Shown in pieces: positions 9,857-19,744 of a DNA stretch of 64,000 nt. Each line of letters begins with the position of its first letter. Positions within the stretch are counted from its first letter, which is position 1. Source of the stretch: an uncultured delta proteobacterium (GTDB taxonomy: Bacteria; Desulfobacterota; Syntrophorhabdia; Syntrophorhabdales; WCHB1-27); NCBI GenBank assembly GCA_963733345.1, contig CAVTDX010000076.1, positions 13,753 to 77,752 on the forward strand. The letters are read 5' to 3'. A program made the position numbers and the translations under genes. Under the pieces are notes generated by a model, which saw nothing but the letters and a program-made list of their open reading frames with translations, ran no database searches and was not told the DNA's origin.

Positions 9857-10823
9857 CCGTGAAAGCGCGGAAAGCCTCGACGGGACGGGGTCTCGCGCGA
9901 AGAGCCTACTGAAGGGAATCGGGTTTATGCCCATTCTCATCATATTATTAGTTGTCTTTACGGCGATTAATCAGAAGAACTTCGCCACTTTTTCGAATCT
10001 CCAGAACATCTCGCGCCAATTCGCCCTCCTCGCCATTGTCGCCGTAGCGCAGATGTTTCCGATCCTGAGCGCCGGCCTCGATCTCTCTCAAGGCGGAGTC
10101 ATGGGCGCCGTCAGCGTCCTGTCGACCCTCTCCATCATGCAGATCGGCGTCGTCCCGGGGTTCCTGGCAGGGGTGGCGATCGGCGGGGCCTTTGGGCTGG
10201 TCAACGGCGCTCTCATTTCGATATTCGAGATCTCTCCCTTTGTCGTTACCCTCGGGATGATGTTCTTTTCGAGAGGATTGGCGCTGATGATTACAAACGG
10301 TCAGTCGATCTATGGTCTTCCCGAAAGTTTTTCTTATCTGGGAACGGAGTACGTCGGCCCCTTTCCGGTTCCCCTTCTGATCGCGCTTTGCATCTTCTTC
10401 ATCTCCTATATTCTCCTCCGCCGGACGCGATTCGGCCGCTATCTGTATGCGATCGGGGGAAACGAAAAGGCGGCAAGGGTTTCGGGCATCAACATCCGGG
10501 CCGTCAAGACGTTGGCCTATGTTTACTGCGGCCTGTTGACAGGGTTTGCCGCGGTTATCATTTCTTCACGGGTCAACTCCGGCCAGCCGAACCTGGGTCT
10601 TAACGCCTCTCTCGAAGCGATTGCCGCCGTCGTCATCGGCGGCGTGAGTCTCTTTGGAGGAGAAGGAAAGCTCTGGGGCGTCTTTCTTGGGGCAGTCGTC
10701 TTGAGCCTCATCTCGAACAGCCTGAATATCCTTAACGTTAATAGCTATATACAGATGATGGTCATGGCCATGGTCATCATCCTTGCCGTAATAGTCGACC
10801 GCTTTCGCTACACAAAGGATTGA
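9849..10823 (+). CDS. sugar ABC transporter permease (RbsC-like)
   Basis: ATG at 9849 overlaps the ATPase stop (ATGGATGA). Multi-TM protein with an RbsC/AraH-like pattern. The upstream part of ORF 9687.. overlaps the ATPase gene. Confidence 0.85.
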   Translation: MDDRESAESLDGTGSRAKSLLKGIGFMPILIILLVVFTAINQKNFATFSNLQNISRQFALLAIVAVAQMFPILSAGLDLSQGGVMGAVSVLSTLSIMQIGVVPGFLAGVAIGGAFGLVNGALISIFEISPFVVTLGMMFFSRGLALMITNGQSIYGLPESFSYLGTEYVGPFPVPLLIALCIFFISYILLRRTRFGRYLYAIGGNEKAARVSGINIRAVKTLAYVYCGLLTGFAAVIISSRVNSGQPNLGLNASLEAIAAVVIGGVSLFGGEGKLWGVFLGAVVLSLISNSLNILNVNSYIQMMVMAMVIILAVIVDRFRYTKD

Positions 10824-10873
10824 AGGATCAGGGTCCGTGCGAATCGATCCTACCGGGAGAGGAGGAAAAAACG

Positions 10874-11920
10874 GTGTCAATAGGAAAAACGGCAGTCATC
10901 GGCATCATTTCAATTCTGTTTTTCAGCATGGCGTTAGGCTCGGCTCTTGCGCAACCCAAAGGGGTGCAGCCGATCTACCCGGCGCCAGAGCAATGGAAGG
11001 CCGTTAAGGCGAAGAAGAGCTATGTGATCGGAGGATGTGTCCCGATGCTCGGCGCCCCCTACTGGAGAAACCTGTCCTACGGGGTCTTCAACGCGACCGA
11101 AAAAGCCGGGGCAAAGCTTCTCTTCTACGATGCGGGAGGATATCAGTATCTGGAAAAACAGGTGAAGCAGGTCGAAGACCTGATCGAAAGAAAAGTGGAT
11201 GCCATCGTCATCTGTCCGTGCAGCTCGAAAGGCACGGTCGAGGTGCTCGAAAGGGCCATTTCGAAGGGAATCGTCGTGGTCAACACGGTGTCGTGGACTT
11301 ACAGTGAAAAAATCAATTCCGCCGTACTCGATGACGATTACAAGGTCGGACAGATTCAGGCCGAGCGCATCATCAAGAAGTTGAACGGCAAAGGGAAGGG
11401 CGTCATGCTCTGCGGTCCTGCAGGGTCGGACTGGGCCATGAACAGGGTCAAAGGCTTCAAGGAGACGATCGCTAAATATCCCGGCATCCAGGTGCTGTCC
11501 GAGAAGTGGAGCGAACCGACGATCGAGGATGCTCAGAAAGTCATGGACGACCTGCTTCAGACCTTCCCCGACATGCAGTTCTGCTACACGGCAGCCGACG
11601 GAATGTCGATGGGCGCCGCCAATGCCGTCAGGGGGGCTAAGAAACTGGGCGCGGTCATTATCACCACCGCCTCCTTTTCACCCGAAGGCGCCGACTATTT
11701 GAAGAAGGGCTGGACCGACATCGATGTCGGTGAAAGTCCCATCCTGGAAGGCGCCTGGGCAGTAGACGTGGCGGTAAAAGCCCTTAACGGCGAGGCATAC
11801 CCGAAACTCGTTTATGTGCCCAATCCCCCCTTCACAAAAGATAATATGAACGATCCGAAATTCTCTAAGTATATTAAATACCAGTGGGCCCCCCAGGGTT
11901 GGAAGGTCCCTTCTTTCTGA
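10874..11920 (+). CDS. periplasmic sugar-binding protein (RbsB-like)
   Basis: GTG at 10874 follows GGAGG. Signal peptide IISILFFSMALGSALA. Periplasmic binding protein type I pattern. Confidence 0.8.
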   Translation: MSIGKTAVIGIISILFFSMALGSALAQPKGVQPIYPAPEQWKAVKAKKSYVIGGCVPMLGAPYWRNLSYGVFNATEKAGAKLLFYDAGGYQYLEKQVKQVEDLIERKVDAIVICPCSSKGTVEVLERAISKGIVVVNTVSWTYSEKINSAVLDDDYKVGQIQAERIIKKLNGKGKGVMLCGPAGSDWAMNRVKGFKETIAKYPGIQVLSEKWSEPTIEDAQKVMDDLLQTFPDMQFCYTAADGMSMGAANAVRGAKKLGAVIITTASFSPEGADYLKKGWTDIDVGESPILEGAWAVDVAVKALNGEAYPKLVYVPNPPFTKDNMNDPKFSKYIKYQWAPQGWKVPSF

Positions 11921-11996
11921 ATTGCAGCAGCAAACGCGGGAAACCCCTTCGCCGGATCGCACGTGCGGTCCGGCGATCCAAAAGGAGATTGATCCT

Positions 11997-12672
11997 ATGC
12001 AGGCCTATTTTTACGGAATTAAAAAAGACCTTCCCAGGGATTTTGACGACTATTTCGTTAGTTCGGAGACGGCAGTCGTCGAGATCGATATGTGCCGGGG
12101 TCATCTCGATACCGGACCGGATGTCGACCTGTCCGTGTCCAAGGGGGCGGGAAATCATCGGCTCCGTCAACCGGTTCAACGGCGAAGCCCGCAAGGCCGG
12201 GGTCCCTGTCATCCATGTCCGGGCGGTCAATCGAAAAAACGGGGTCGATGATGTGAAGGGGAACATAGCGGCCTGGAGGCGCACTTTCCCCATGACGGTG
12301 GGACCCATTCCCAATTCCGATATGCACAATATTGAAGGGTCGAAATGGTGCGACTTCATGGTTGAGGTGGACGAAGAGAAGGACCTCGTCGTCAGTGCAA
12401 AAAAACGGTTAAATGCCTTCCATCCGTCAGATCTGGAGTTTCTGTTGAGAAATATGAAAAAGGAAACAATCGTAATCACGGGTTTGATGACCGACTGCTG
12501 CGTCCTGAACACCTCCTTTGAAGGATCGAATAAGGGGTTCAAGGTAATTGTTCCGATGAATTTGACGCGAGGCTTCAACCCGGAGCTGGAGGAGGCGGCC
12601 CTTAAGATCATCTCCCTTCATATCGGCCTTGTCGTCCAATCGGATGATCTTGTAGCGCAGTGGCAAAAATAA
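11997..12672 (+). CDS. isochorismatase-family cysteine hydrolase, frameshifted as assembled
   Basis: ATG at 11997 follows AAAGGAGA. AVVEIDMCRGHLD (catalytic Asp strand) is in one frame; REIIGSVNRFNGEARKAGVPVIHV..ITGLMTDCCV (catalytic Cys) is in another. The shift is at the G5 run at 12143-12147. Confidence 0.7.
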
Positions 12673-12685
12673 CCGCCGGACCGTT

Positions 12686-15529
12686 CTATAGGTTTTTCGG
12701 GCCGATGCCGGCTTGTCCTCTCCCCAGCGCGGCCAGGACCTTCTCCGGCGTAGCGGGAAGAGACGTGATCCTTACCCCGACGGCGTCGTAGATGGCGTTC
12801 ATGACCGCCGGGACAGTGGGAACAAGGGCGATCTCCGAGATGCCCTTGGCCGCAAAAGGACCGATGGGTTCCGGTTTTTCCACCAGCACGATTTCGACCT
12901 CCGGCCGGACGCGAATGTCGGGGATGCCGCAGCCTCGCAATGTTTTTGTCCTCGGGATTCCCTGGCGCACTACGAATTCTTCGGATAGCGCATAGCCAAT
13001 GCCCATGACGATGCTTCCCTCGATTTGTCCCTTGACCTTGAGGGGGTTGAGGGCCCTGCCGACATCGTGAAATGCAAAGACCTTCTTCACTTCAACCGCC
13101 CCCGTAGCGATATCCACCTCCACGACGGCGACCTGACAGGCATAATTATAGGCGAAGTAGTTTCGGTAATCTTCCGGGTCGTAGTCGGTAACGATCTTGC
13201 CGTCCTTCATAATGGGAAAGGTCGGGTTGGGGTCGCCCTTGAGGGGATAAGTCTGCGGGGCGGTCCACTCGAAGTCCGCTTCAATGGCTGTCTCGCCGGC
13301 AAGACCGGCCAGTAGGGCCAGCGACATTGCCGGTCCTCCGTCCCTTCTCACTACCTTGGCGCCGATGATGTCCAGGTCCTCCGGGGCGGACCCGGTGCGG
13401 TGGGAGGCAAGCTCAAGAATAAGCTTCCTGAAGTTCTTCGCTGCGCCCATCACTGCATTTCCTGAGATCATTGTTTGGCGTTGGCCGATGGCCATGGCGC
13501 CGACCGGTATCAAATCCGAATCCGATACAACAACCGCGAAGGCGCCGACGGATATGCCAGTAACGGCTGCCGCGATCTGGGCCAGCACGGATGCGGCCCC
13601 CTGTCCCATGTCGCATACGGAAGCCCTCAGTTCAACGCCGCCTGACGGAAGGAGCTTCAAAACCGCTCCGCCGGAGTTGATAAACCCTCTCCCCCCGCCT
13701 ATATTTTTGTAGGCGCCGGCAATGCCGATCCCGGTCCTCTTGTTCCTGTTAGAGGGCGTCTGCGCGGGCAGGAGCAGCTCGATCCTCTTTTTCGCCTCAA
13801 GAAATGCTTCCTTGATGGCCACGCAGGACTTCACTATCTCGCCGCAAAAGTTCTCCCTGCCTTCTTCCAGGGCGTTGATCAGCCTCAGTCTTATCGGTTC
13901 CATCCCGAGTTTTTTGGCCATTATATCGATCTGGCTTTCAATGGCGAAGTGGACCTGGTTCATGCCGAAGCCCCGGAAGGCGCCGCCCAGGACATTGTTC
14001 GTGTGAACAGCCAAACCTTCCACGAGGACGTTCGGCCAAACATAGGGCCCGCCGGCAAAGGCAATGGCCTGCTCCAGAACATCCGTGCTCCAGCCTTCGT
14101 AGGCCCCCGCGTCGCTTACCAGCTTCGCCTCCAAAGCAAGGAACTTGCCTTCAGCGGAAACCCCCGTCTTATAGCTCATCTTGAAAGGGTGCTTTTTGGT
14201 GCTCATCCTGAGCGACTCGTTTCTATTCAACGTCATCTTGAAGGGTCTCTTTGTCGCAAGGGTGCCCAACCCGAGCAGGACTTGAATCGTGATGTCGAGT
14301 TTTCCCCCGAAGCCGCCTCCGACGGGAAGTCCTCGCACCCTCACCTTTTCCTCCGGGAGGTTCAGGCACTGCGCTATCTGCCCCCTCATGGCAAACGGGC
14401 CCTGGGTGGAACACCAGATTTCAACGCCGTCGTCGGTCGCCCGCGCGGCGCCGGACTCGGGCTCCAGGTAGGCATGCTCGACGAACGGCGTTTCATACTC
14501 CTCTTCGACAATCAGCGCCGAGCGCGCAAACGCCTGCCGGGCGTCTCCCTTTTCGTGGGTGACTCTCTTCAGGATATGGCCGCGTTCGTGGACAGGCGTC
14601 AAATGAGGCTGCTTCATTGCCTGTTCAGGAGAACCAACGACGGGAAGCTCGAAAAGATCGACTTGGATCGATCTGACCGCCTTACGGGCTTGCTCTTCCG
14701 TTTCAGCAATCACCATGGCAATGGGATCGCCGACAAAACGCACCTTGTCTTCAGCGAAGACCGGCTGATCGGCGTGGATAATGCCGAACCTGTTTATTCC
14801 GGGGATGTCCCCGGCCGTCAATACCCGAATGACTCCGGGCATAAGCCCGGCTTCGCTCGCGTCCACTCTTTTGAGAGCGGCATGAGGGACGTCGCTCAGC
14901 AGAAGAGCGCCGTAACACATGCCGTCAAAATAGAGGTCGTCGCTGAAAACGAGGCGGCCTGTGGCCTTCAGCGCGTCAGAGCCGTCCTGTACCGATGCGC
15001 CGATTATGTCCGGCCCGGCATCCACCGGCGCTTGGGCCAGATCGGCGATCTGACCCGACATGACCCTCGACGCCTCCTCGACGGCCTCGATAATGCCGAA
15101 GTAACCGGTGCAGCGGCAGTAGTTAGCGCCTAAAGCCGCCATTATGTCGTCTCTGGACGGCGAGGGGTTTCGATCCAGGAGCGCTTTGGCGGCCATAATC
15201 ATGCCCGTAGTGCAAAAACCGCATTGAATCGCGCCCTTGCGGATGAAAGCTTGCTGGAGAGGATGCAGGCCATCGGCCGACAGGCCCTCGATAGTCTCAA
15301 CCCTGGCGCCTTGCAGCCTGCCCATCCGTAAAAGGCATGACTTTTTCGCCTCGCCGTTGACTATCACCGTGCAGGCGCCGCAGTCTCCAACGCCGCACCC
15401 GCACTTGGCGCCGGTCAACCTGAGATGGTCCCTGAGGAACCTCAGCAAGGTGGTCTCGGCGGGAATAGCCGCAATCACCGGCCTGCCATTGACGGTTAAC
15501 CGTACCTCTGCGCCGTATCCCATTTTCAT
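12686..15529 (-). CDS. xanthine-oxidase-family aldehyde oxidoreductase, fused 2Fe-2S and Moco domains (Mop-like, no FAD subunit)
   Basis: Start ATGAAAATG at 15529. CGCGVGDCGACTV and CGFCTTGMIM are 2Fe-2S motifs, followed by a roughly 780-aa molybdopterin-binding body. Confidence 0.85.
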   Translation of the reverse strand: MKMGYGAEVRLTVNGRPVIAAIPAETTLLRFLRDHLRLTGAKCGCGVGDCGACTVIVNGEAKKSCLLRMGRLQGARVETIEGLSADGLHPLQQAFIRKGAIQCGFCTTGMIMAAKALLDRNPSPSRDDIMAALGANYCRCTGYFGIIEAVEEASRVMSGQIADLAQAPVDAGPDIIGASVQDGSDALKATGRLVFSDDLYFDGMCYGALLLSDVPHAALKRVDASEAGLMPGVIRVLTAGDIPGINRFGIIHADQPVFAEDKVRFVGDPIAMVIAETEEQARKAVRSIQVDLFELPVVGSPEQAMKQPHLTPVHERGHILKRVTHEKGDARQAFARSALIVEEEYETPFVEHAYLEPESGAARATDDGVEIWCSTQGPFAMRGQIAQCLNLPEEKVRVRGLPVGGGFGGKLDITIQVLLGLGTLATKRPFKMTLNRNESLRMSTKKHPFKMSYKTGVSAEGKFLALEAKLVSDAGAYEGWSTDVLEQAIAFAGGPYVWPNVLVEGLAVHTNNVLGGAFRGFGMNQVHFAIESQIDIMAKKLGMEPIRLRLINALEEGRENFCGEIVKSCVAIKEAFLEAKKRIELLLPAQTPSNRNKRTGIGIAGAYKNIGGGRGFINSGGAVLKLLPSGGVELRASVCDMGQGAASVLAQIAAAVTGISVGAFAVVVSDSDLIPVGAMAIGQRQTMISGNAVMGAAKNFRKLILELASHRTGSAPEDLDIIGAKVVRRDGGPAMSLALLAGLAGETAIEADFEWTAPQTYPLKGDPNPTFPIMKDGKIVTDYDPEDYRNYFAYNYACQVAVVEVDIATGAVEVKKVFAFHDVGRALNPLKVKGQIEGSIVMGIGYALSEEFVVRQGIPRTKTLRGCGIPDIRVRPEVEIVLVEKPEPIGPFAAKGISEIALVPTVPAVMNAIYDAVGVRITSLPATPEKVLAALGRGQAGIGPKNL

Positions 15530-15543
15530 CGCCTTCGGGGCTT

Positions 15544-15822
15544 TCAGGGAAATGCCTCCCCCTTGAGAACGATGCCGGACTCCTCGCCCTCGTGGGAATA
15601 CATGCCGCGCGAGCCGCCGCCCGGCTTTATGACCGTATAGAAGGGCTGTATCCTCTTGTTCCCGACGCGCCTGATGAGCGATTCGACGCGGGCATCCCAA
15701 TTCCCGAGCCGCATGGGGATCCTGTCCTCTTCCCTGGTCACGACTTCGTTATCCCGCTGGACGAAGGCGAAGAAATCCACGATATTGACGCCGAGCGCCA
15801 TTGCTATCTTTCCGATTTCCAT
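15544..15822 (-). pseudogene. fragment of an XRE-HTH/cupin regulator
   Basis: KIAMALGVNIVDFF (end of an HTH) plus a partial cupin (GGGSRGMYSHEGEESGIVLKGEA). Both termini are missing; only 93 nt separate it from the upstream gene. Confidence 0.4.
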
Positions 15823-15915
15823 TTTCTTCCCGCCCGGTTAAGTAATAATAAATCTATTTCGCCAAATGGGCGCCCAAAAACCTGAATTGGTATTTCTGGG
15901 CCGTCGCAAAAAGGA

Positions 15916-16830
15916 TCAGGGCGCGTAGAGGATCTTCCCCGAGTCCTTGAAGTCGTAATTGCTGAGCTTCGCCACCCGTCCCCGGAACTCCTCCGACCTG
16001 AGCACCTCGGTCAGCGTCTGTACGCCCCCCTGAAAGAACGTGCGCTGATCGAGGATCATGTCGAACCTCTCGCGGGTTATGGGGATAAAGAAGAGGCCCA
16101 GGAGCCGGGAGATGGCGCTGGTGGCCACGCCTGCGTCCGTTTCGCCCGAAACGACCGAGAGGCCGACTTCGAGATGGGTGTAAACCTCGTTGTCGTATCC
16201 ATTGATCCGGGCGGGGTCGATGCCGAGCCGGTCAAGATGATAATCGATCAGCTTTCGGGTGCCGGCGCCCTTCTGCCGGTTGATGAAGCGGACTCCTTTG
16301 CGCGCCAGGTCCTCGAACCCTTTGATGCGCAAGGGGTTGCGGGCGCGCACGAGAAAGCCCAGCTCCCGGTAGTAGAGGTTCACGACCACAGGCTTTATGT
16401 TGGGCGTGTATACGGGCAGGAAGGGTATGTTGTATTCCCCTGTCTCCGGATCGTAGAGATGAGACCAGGCGATGTCGGTGTAGCCCGTGTTGAGCGCCTT
16501 GAGCCCTTCGGTGCTACCCGTGTTTGCCGAAAAGAGGTGAAAGTCCGGGTGCAGCCTGCGCACGTGCGTCTGGAGCATATCGAGGATCGGGTCGTTGCTT
16601 CCCGAGGCGAGCAGGCCGCCTTCGATCTTCCTGGTCTTCTGCATCGCCTGCTGCAGCCCGGACAGGGCGCTCGATTCGATCCATTCATCGATCAGCTTCC
16701 GGGGGAAGACCCATTTGCCGGTTACCCTCGTCGCGGGGATCCGTTTCTGGCCGATAAGAGCATATACCTGTTTTTCATGGATCCCCAGATAGCGGGCCAC
16801 TTCCTTCGTGTTCATTATACTTTCCGACAT
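15916..16830 (-). CDS. HTH (excisionase/MerR-like) regulator with a C-terminal periplasmic-binding-protein-like domain, possible oxyanion sensor
   Basis: MNTKEVARYLGIHEKQVYALIGQKRIPATRVTGKWVFPRKLIDEWI, then a PBP-like domain. This architecture is commonly adjacent to Mo/W enzymes. Confidence 0.7.
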   Translation of the reverse strand: MSESIMNTKEVARYLGIHEKQVYALIGQKRIPATRVTGKWVFPRKLIDEWIESSALSGLQQAMQKTRKIEGGLLASGSNDPILDMLQTHVRRLHPDFHLFSANTGSTEGLKALNTGYTDIAWSHLYDPETGEYNIPFLPVYTPNIKPVVVNLYYRELGFLVRARNPLRIKGFEDLARKGVRFINRQKGAGTRKLIDYHLDRLGIDPARINGYDNEVYTHLEVGLSVVSGETDAGVATSAISRLLGLFFIPITRERFDMILDQRTFFQGGVQTLTEVLRSEEFRGRVAKLSNYDFKDSGKILYAP

Positions 16831-17098
16831 GGGCGGTCCTCCTGTAATGATAATAAGTGAAAACGGCCTCTCGTGTCAAAGAGAAAGGCTGACGGCGCTC
16901 CCCTTTTACGCGCCGCCCGCTTCGTCTCTTTCCGCGCGCTTGCAGCCTCGTTGGAGAACCGGTATTGACAGCCGTAATACCATGACGTATCATACGGTCG
17001 TCGGAAAAGGGCCCCTATCCGCCGGCTTTTGAGCGTCGCCGATCGCCGGCCGGCGGGATGCCGGAAGCGCCGGTTGCCGGACCATCTACGGAGCAGAC

Positions 17099-18022
17099 AT
17101 GACCAAGGACCGCGTAGACCTCACGGGATTCCTGTTTATCCTGGCGCTCACCATACTCTGGGGGTTCAACTATTTCACCATAAAAGTGACGAACTCGGGG
17201 CTTTCTCCGGTGTTCACGGCTTTTATCCGCTCCGCGATCGCCTCCGCCTTCGGCATAGGATACTGCCTGATTGCCCGCCAGCCCCTGTTCCACAGGGACG
17301 TCAGGCTCTTTCACGGCTTCGTGGTCGGTCTCCTCTTCGGGGGCGAATTCGTCTGCCTCTACCTCGGCGTGTCCTACACGAACGCGAGCCGGGCTTCCGT
17401 TCTCGTCTACCTTGCCCCCTTCGTGGTCTCCATCGGCGCCCATTTCCTTCTCAAAGAGAGGCTCAACACCGTCAGGCTGATCAGCCTGACGCTCGCCTTT
17501 TTAGGCGTGTGCCTCGTGATTGCCGGCAAACCCTCGATGCACGCCAAATCGATGCTCCTCGGCGACCTGCTCGAAGTCGCCGCCGCCATCATGTGGGGGC
17601 TGACGACGCTCTATATCAAGAAGTATCTGGCAGAAACCGTGCATCCCATCAATACTTTCCTCTACCAGCTTTTCTTCTCGCTCCCCATTATCGCCGCCGC
17701 GGCCTGCCTGCTCGAACCCGTGTGGGTTGTCGGGAGCATCGGAAGAGGCGTGCTTGCCTCGTTATTTTACCAGTCCGTGATCGTCGGCTTCGCCTCCTTC
17801 CTCGTCTGGTTCAAGTTGATACACGTCTACCCTGTTGCCCGCCTGTCGGTCTTTACCTTCCTCTCGCCGGTCTTCGGCGTCGCCTCTGGCGTGATCTTTC
17901 TGGGGGAAGACCTCACGAAAGGCCTCGTCATCGGCCTGGTCTGCGTCTGTCTCGGCATTTACGGCGCGAATTACAGGAGGGCAGAGAGGCCGCTAATATT
18001 TGCCGGTCCGCCCCAGGAGTGA
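17099..18022 (+). CDS. EamA/DMT-family transporter
   Basis: 307 aa, about 10 TM segments in two EamA-like halves. Confidence 0.85.
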   Translation: MTKDRVDLTGFLFILALTILWGFNYFTIKVTNSGLSPVFTAFIRSAIASAFGIGYCLIARQPLFHRDVRLFHGFVVGLLFGGEFVCLYLGVSYTNASRASVLVYLAPFVVSIGAHFLLKERLNTVRLISLTLAFLGVCLVIAGKPSMHAKSMLLGDLLEVAAAIMWGLTTLYIKKYLAETVHPINTFLYQLFFSLPIIAAAACLLEPVWVVGSIGRGVLASLFYQSVIVGFASFLVWFKLIHVYPVARLSVFTFLSPVFGVASGVIFLGEDLTKGLVIGLVCVCLGIYGANYRRAERPLIFAGPPQE

Positions 18023-18114
18023 TTATGATTCATGAAGGATGACGGATAAGGGAAGTCGGGGTTGCCGCCGCGTCGCTGTCAGGCGTCCCATTAATTGTTT
18101 AAAAGGAGGATTTC

Positions 18115-18657
18115 ATGAGAACTGCCGCGGTATTGCTTGCCATTTTTGGCCTCTTGTTTCTCGGCGCAGCCCCGTCCGCGTTCGGGCAGGCTACGAGCGA
18201 TCAGCAGGTGGTGAAGGCCGTCGCCGTCCTCCATCCTACCACCGGCAACAAGGTCACGGGGGTAGTCACGTTCACCAGGGCGCCGGACGGCATTAACGTG
18301 GTTGCCGACGTCGAGGGGCTGACCCCGGGCATGCACGGGTTCCATGTGCATCAGTATGGCGACTGCTCCGCGCCGAACGCGGATTCTGCCGGAGGCCACT
18401 TCAATCCGGAGGGGATGCCCCACGGAGGGCCGATGAGCCGGGAGCGTCACGTGGGCGACCTCGGGAACATCACGGCGGACAAGGACGGCAAGGCCCACTT
18501 CGAATGGACCGACAAGCTCCTCTCCCTTGAGGGACGCGATTCCATCATAGGCCGCGGCCTCATCGTTCACGCCATGGCCGACGACCTGGTCTCGCAGCCG
18601 GCAGGCAACGCGGGTCCGAGGGTGGCGTGCGGCGTGATCGGGATCTCGGCGAAGTGA
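18115..18657 (+). CDS. sodC: periplasmic Cu,Zn superoxide dismutase
   Basis: Signal peptide; HGFHVHQYGDC, GGHFNP, HVGDLGN, ACGVI. Confidence 0.9.
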   Translation: MRTAAVLLAIFGLLFLGAAPSAFGQATSDQQVVKAVAVLHPTTGNKVTGVVTFTRAPDGINVVADVEGLTPGMHGFHVHQYGDCSAPNADSAGGHFNPEGMPHGGPMSRERHVGDLGNITADKDGKAHFEWTDKLLSLEGRDSIIGRGLIVHAMADDLVSQPAGNAGPRVACGVIGISAK

Positions 18658-18665
18658 CGGGCTAA
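18411..18665 (+). repeat. 255-bp direct repeat copy 1 (sodC 3' half)
   Basis: Collinear with 23189-23443 at a constant offset of 4778 nt, about 8 mismatches and no indels by eye. Confidence 0.9.
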
Positions 18666-18737
18666 CCCCTGATCGACACTATACGTCATGACGACCAGGA
18701 GGCGCAACCAGCCGATACGCTGCCTCCCGTTGCCGCA

Positions 18738-18798
18738 TCCCGCCCATTACACGTCGCGGCCTTTCTGCATCAGTCTGGCTTTGGTTTTGCCGCAGACC
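18738..18798 (-). pseudogene. 60-bp remnant of the 5' end of a DUF5615 (PIN-like) toxin gene
   Basis: About 88 percent identical to 24979-25040, which encodes residues ~8-28 of the intact DUF5615 gene. No start codon. Confidence 0.55.
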
Positions 18799-18812
18799 CC
18801 TCTATTCGTCCG

Positions 18813-19109
18813 TTACATTCTCTTTTCCCATTCCTGAGGGTTCCGCTTCACATGGAATACAGAAAGAACGACTATCCAAGTCTCTTCTACTACAAAAAAG
18901 ACGGCAAACGGGAATCTTCTAGTCAGTGCTCGACGAACGTTTCGATGGACCTCGGGATAGACATGGTAATTTCTGAGGATCGAGTTGAACGCAACGTCCA
19001 GAACACGCAAGAATTCCGAACCAAGTCCTGAGACGCGAGCCTCATACCAGCTAAAGGCTTGTGCGATGTCTGCTTCAGCCTCCGGTCGGATGATGAGTTG
19101 GCGAGTCAT
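18813..19109 (-). CDS. parE: ParE/RelE-family toxin
   Basis: Start MTRQLIIRPEAEADI overlaps the antitoxin stop. RFPFAVFFVVEETWIVVLSVFH is a typical ParE C-terminus. Confidence 0.75.
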   Translation of the reverse strand: MTRQLIIRPEAEADIAQAFSWYEARVSGLGSEFLRVLDVAFNSILRNYHVYPEVHRNVRRALTRRFPFAVFFVVEETWIVVLSVFHVKRNPQEWEKRM

Positions 19110-19327
19110 CCACGGTTTTTGACGCGCTCTCGCACTACCGACCAAGGAGATCCGGCGCGGGGGTCTTTGTGGTAAGCATCAAGCCGACGATCGATCTCGG
19201 CCTTTTCCTCGTCGGCCAGGATCAGAGCCTCAGGCGCCTCGGCAACGCTGTCCCAGATGTCTTGAGCAAGCTGAATGCGCTCCGGTACGCTTAAGCCAAG
19301 GATGTCTCTTTTTGCAAATGCGCCCAT
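19106..19327 (-). CDS. addiction-module antitoxin (TIGR02574-like)
   Basis: LSVPERIQLAQDIWDSV..EEKAEIDRRLDAY. ATG at 19327 follows GGAGGG; an alternative ATG is at 19345. TGGACG-N18-TATAAT lies just upstream. Confidence 0.7.
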   Translation of the reverse strand: MGAFAKRDILGLSVPERIQLAQDIWDSVAEAPEALILADEEKAEIDRRLDAYHKDPRAGSPWSVVRERVKNRG

Positions 19328-19744
19328 ATACCCTCCATAATCCATAATTATACCCCCTTCATTGGCTATTCGTCCAGCTCCGCCTTGGTCGGGATGTACG
19401 AAGCGGATGAACCGAAAGCCGAAGAGGGCTAGTCCTGCCATGCTCTGGTCTCCTTAGTGGTTGATCGCAAAGAAAAACAGCGAGACCCTCCATAAACCCC
19501 AAGGGGGGAGGGGGCAAAGCTGAGATTAGTGGTTTTTCTATGCGCGAGGAATCTTCATAGCAGGTCGCTCTGTTCCTTCCTGGGAGCATTTCGGTCTTTT
19601 TTAGTGTTTTTCTTGTTGCACAACTCGGTTTGAAGTGGTAGTGAAGAAGTCGGAGACTGGGAGCCATGCGACGTTTTCTGGCGGCCGGGCGGGGCGACGC
19701 CCTATGGGCACCGGAATCAAAAGATTTTACGCATTTCTTTTGCT

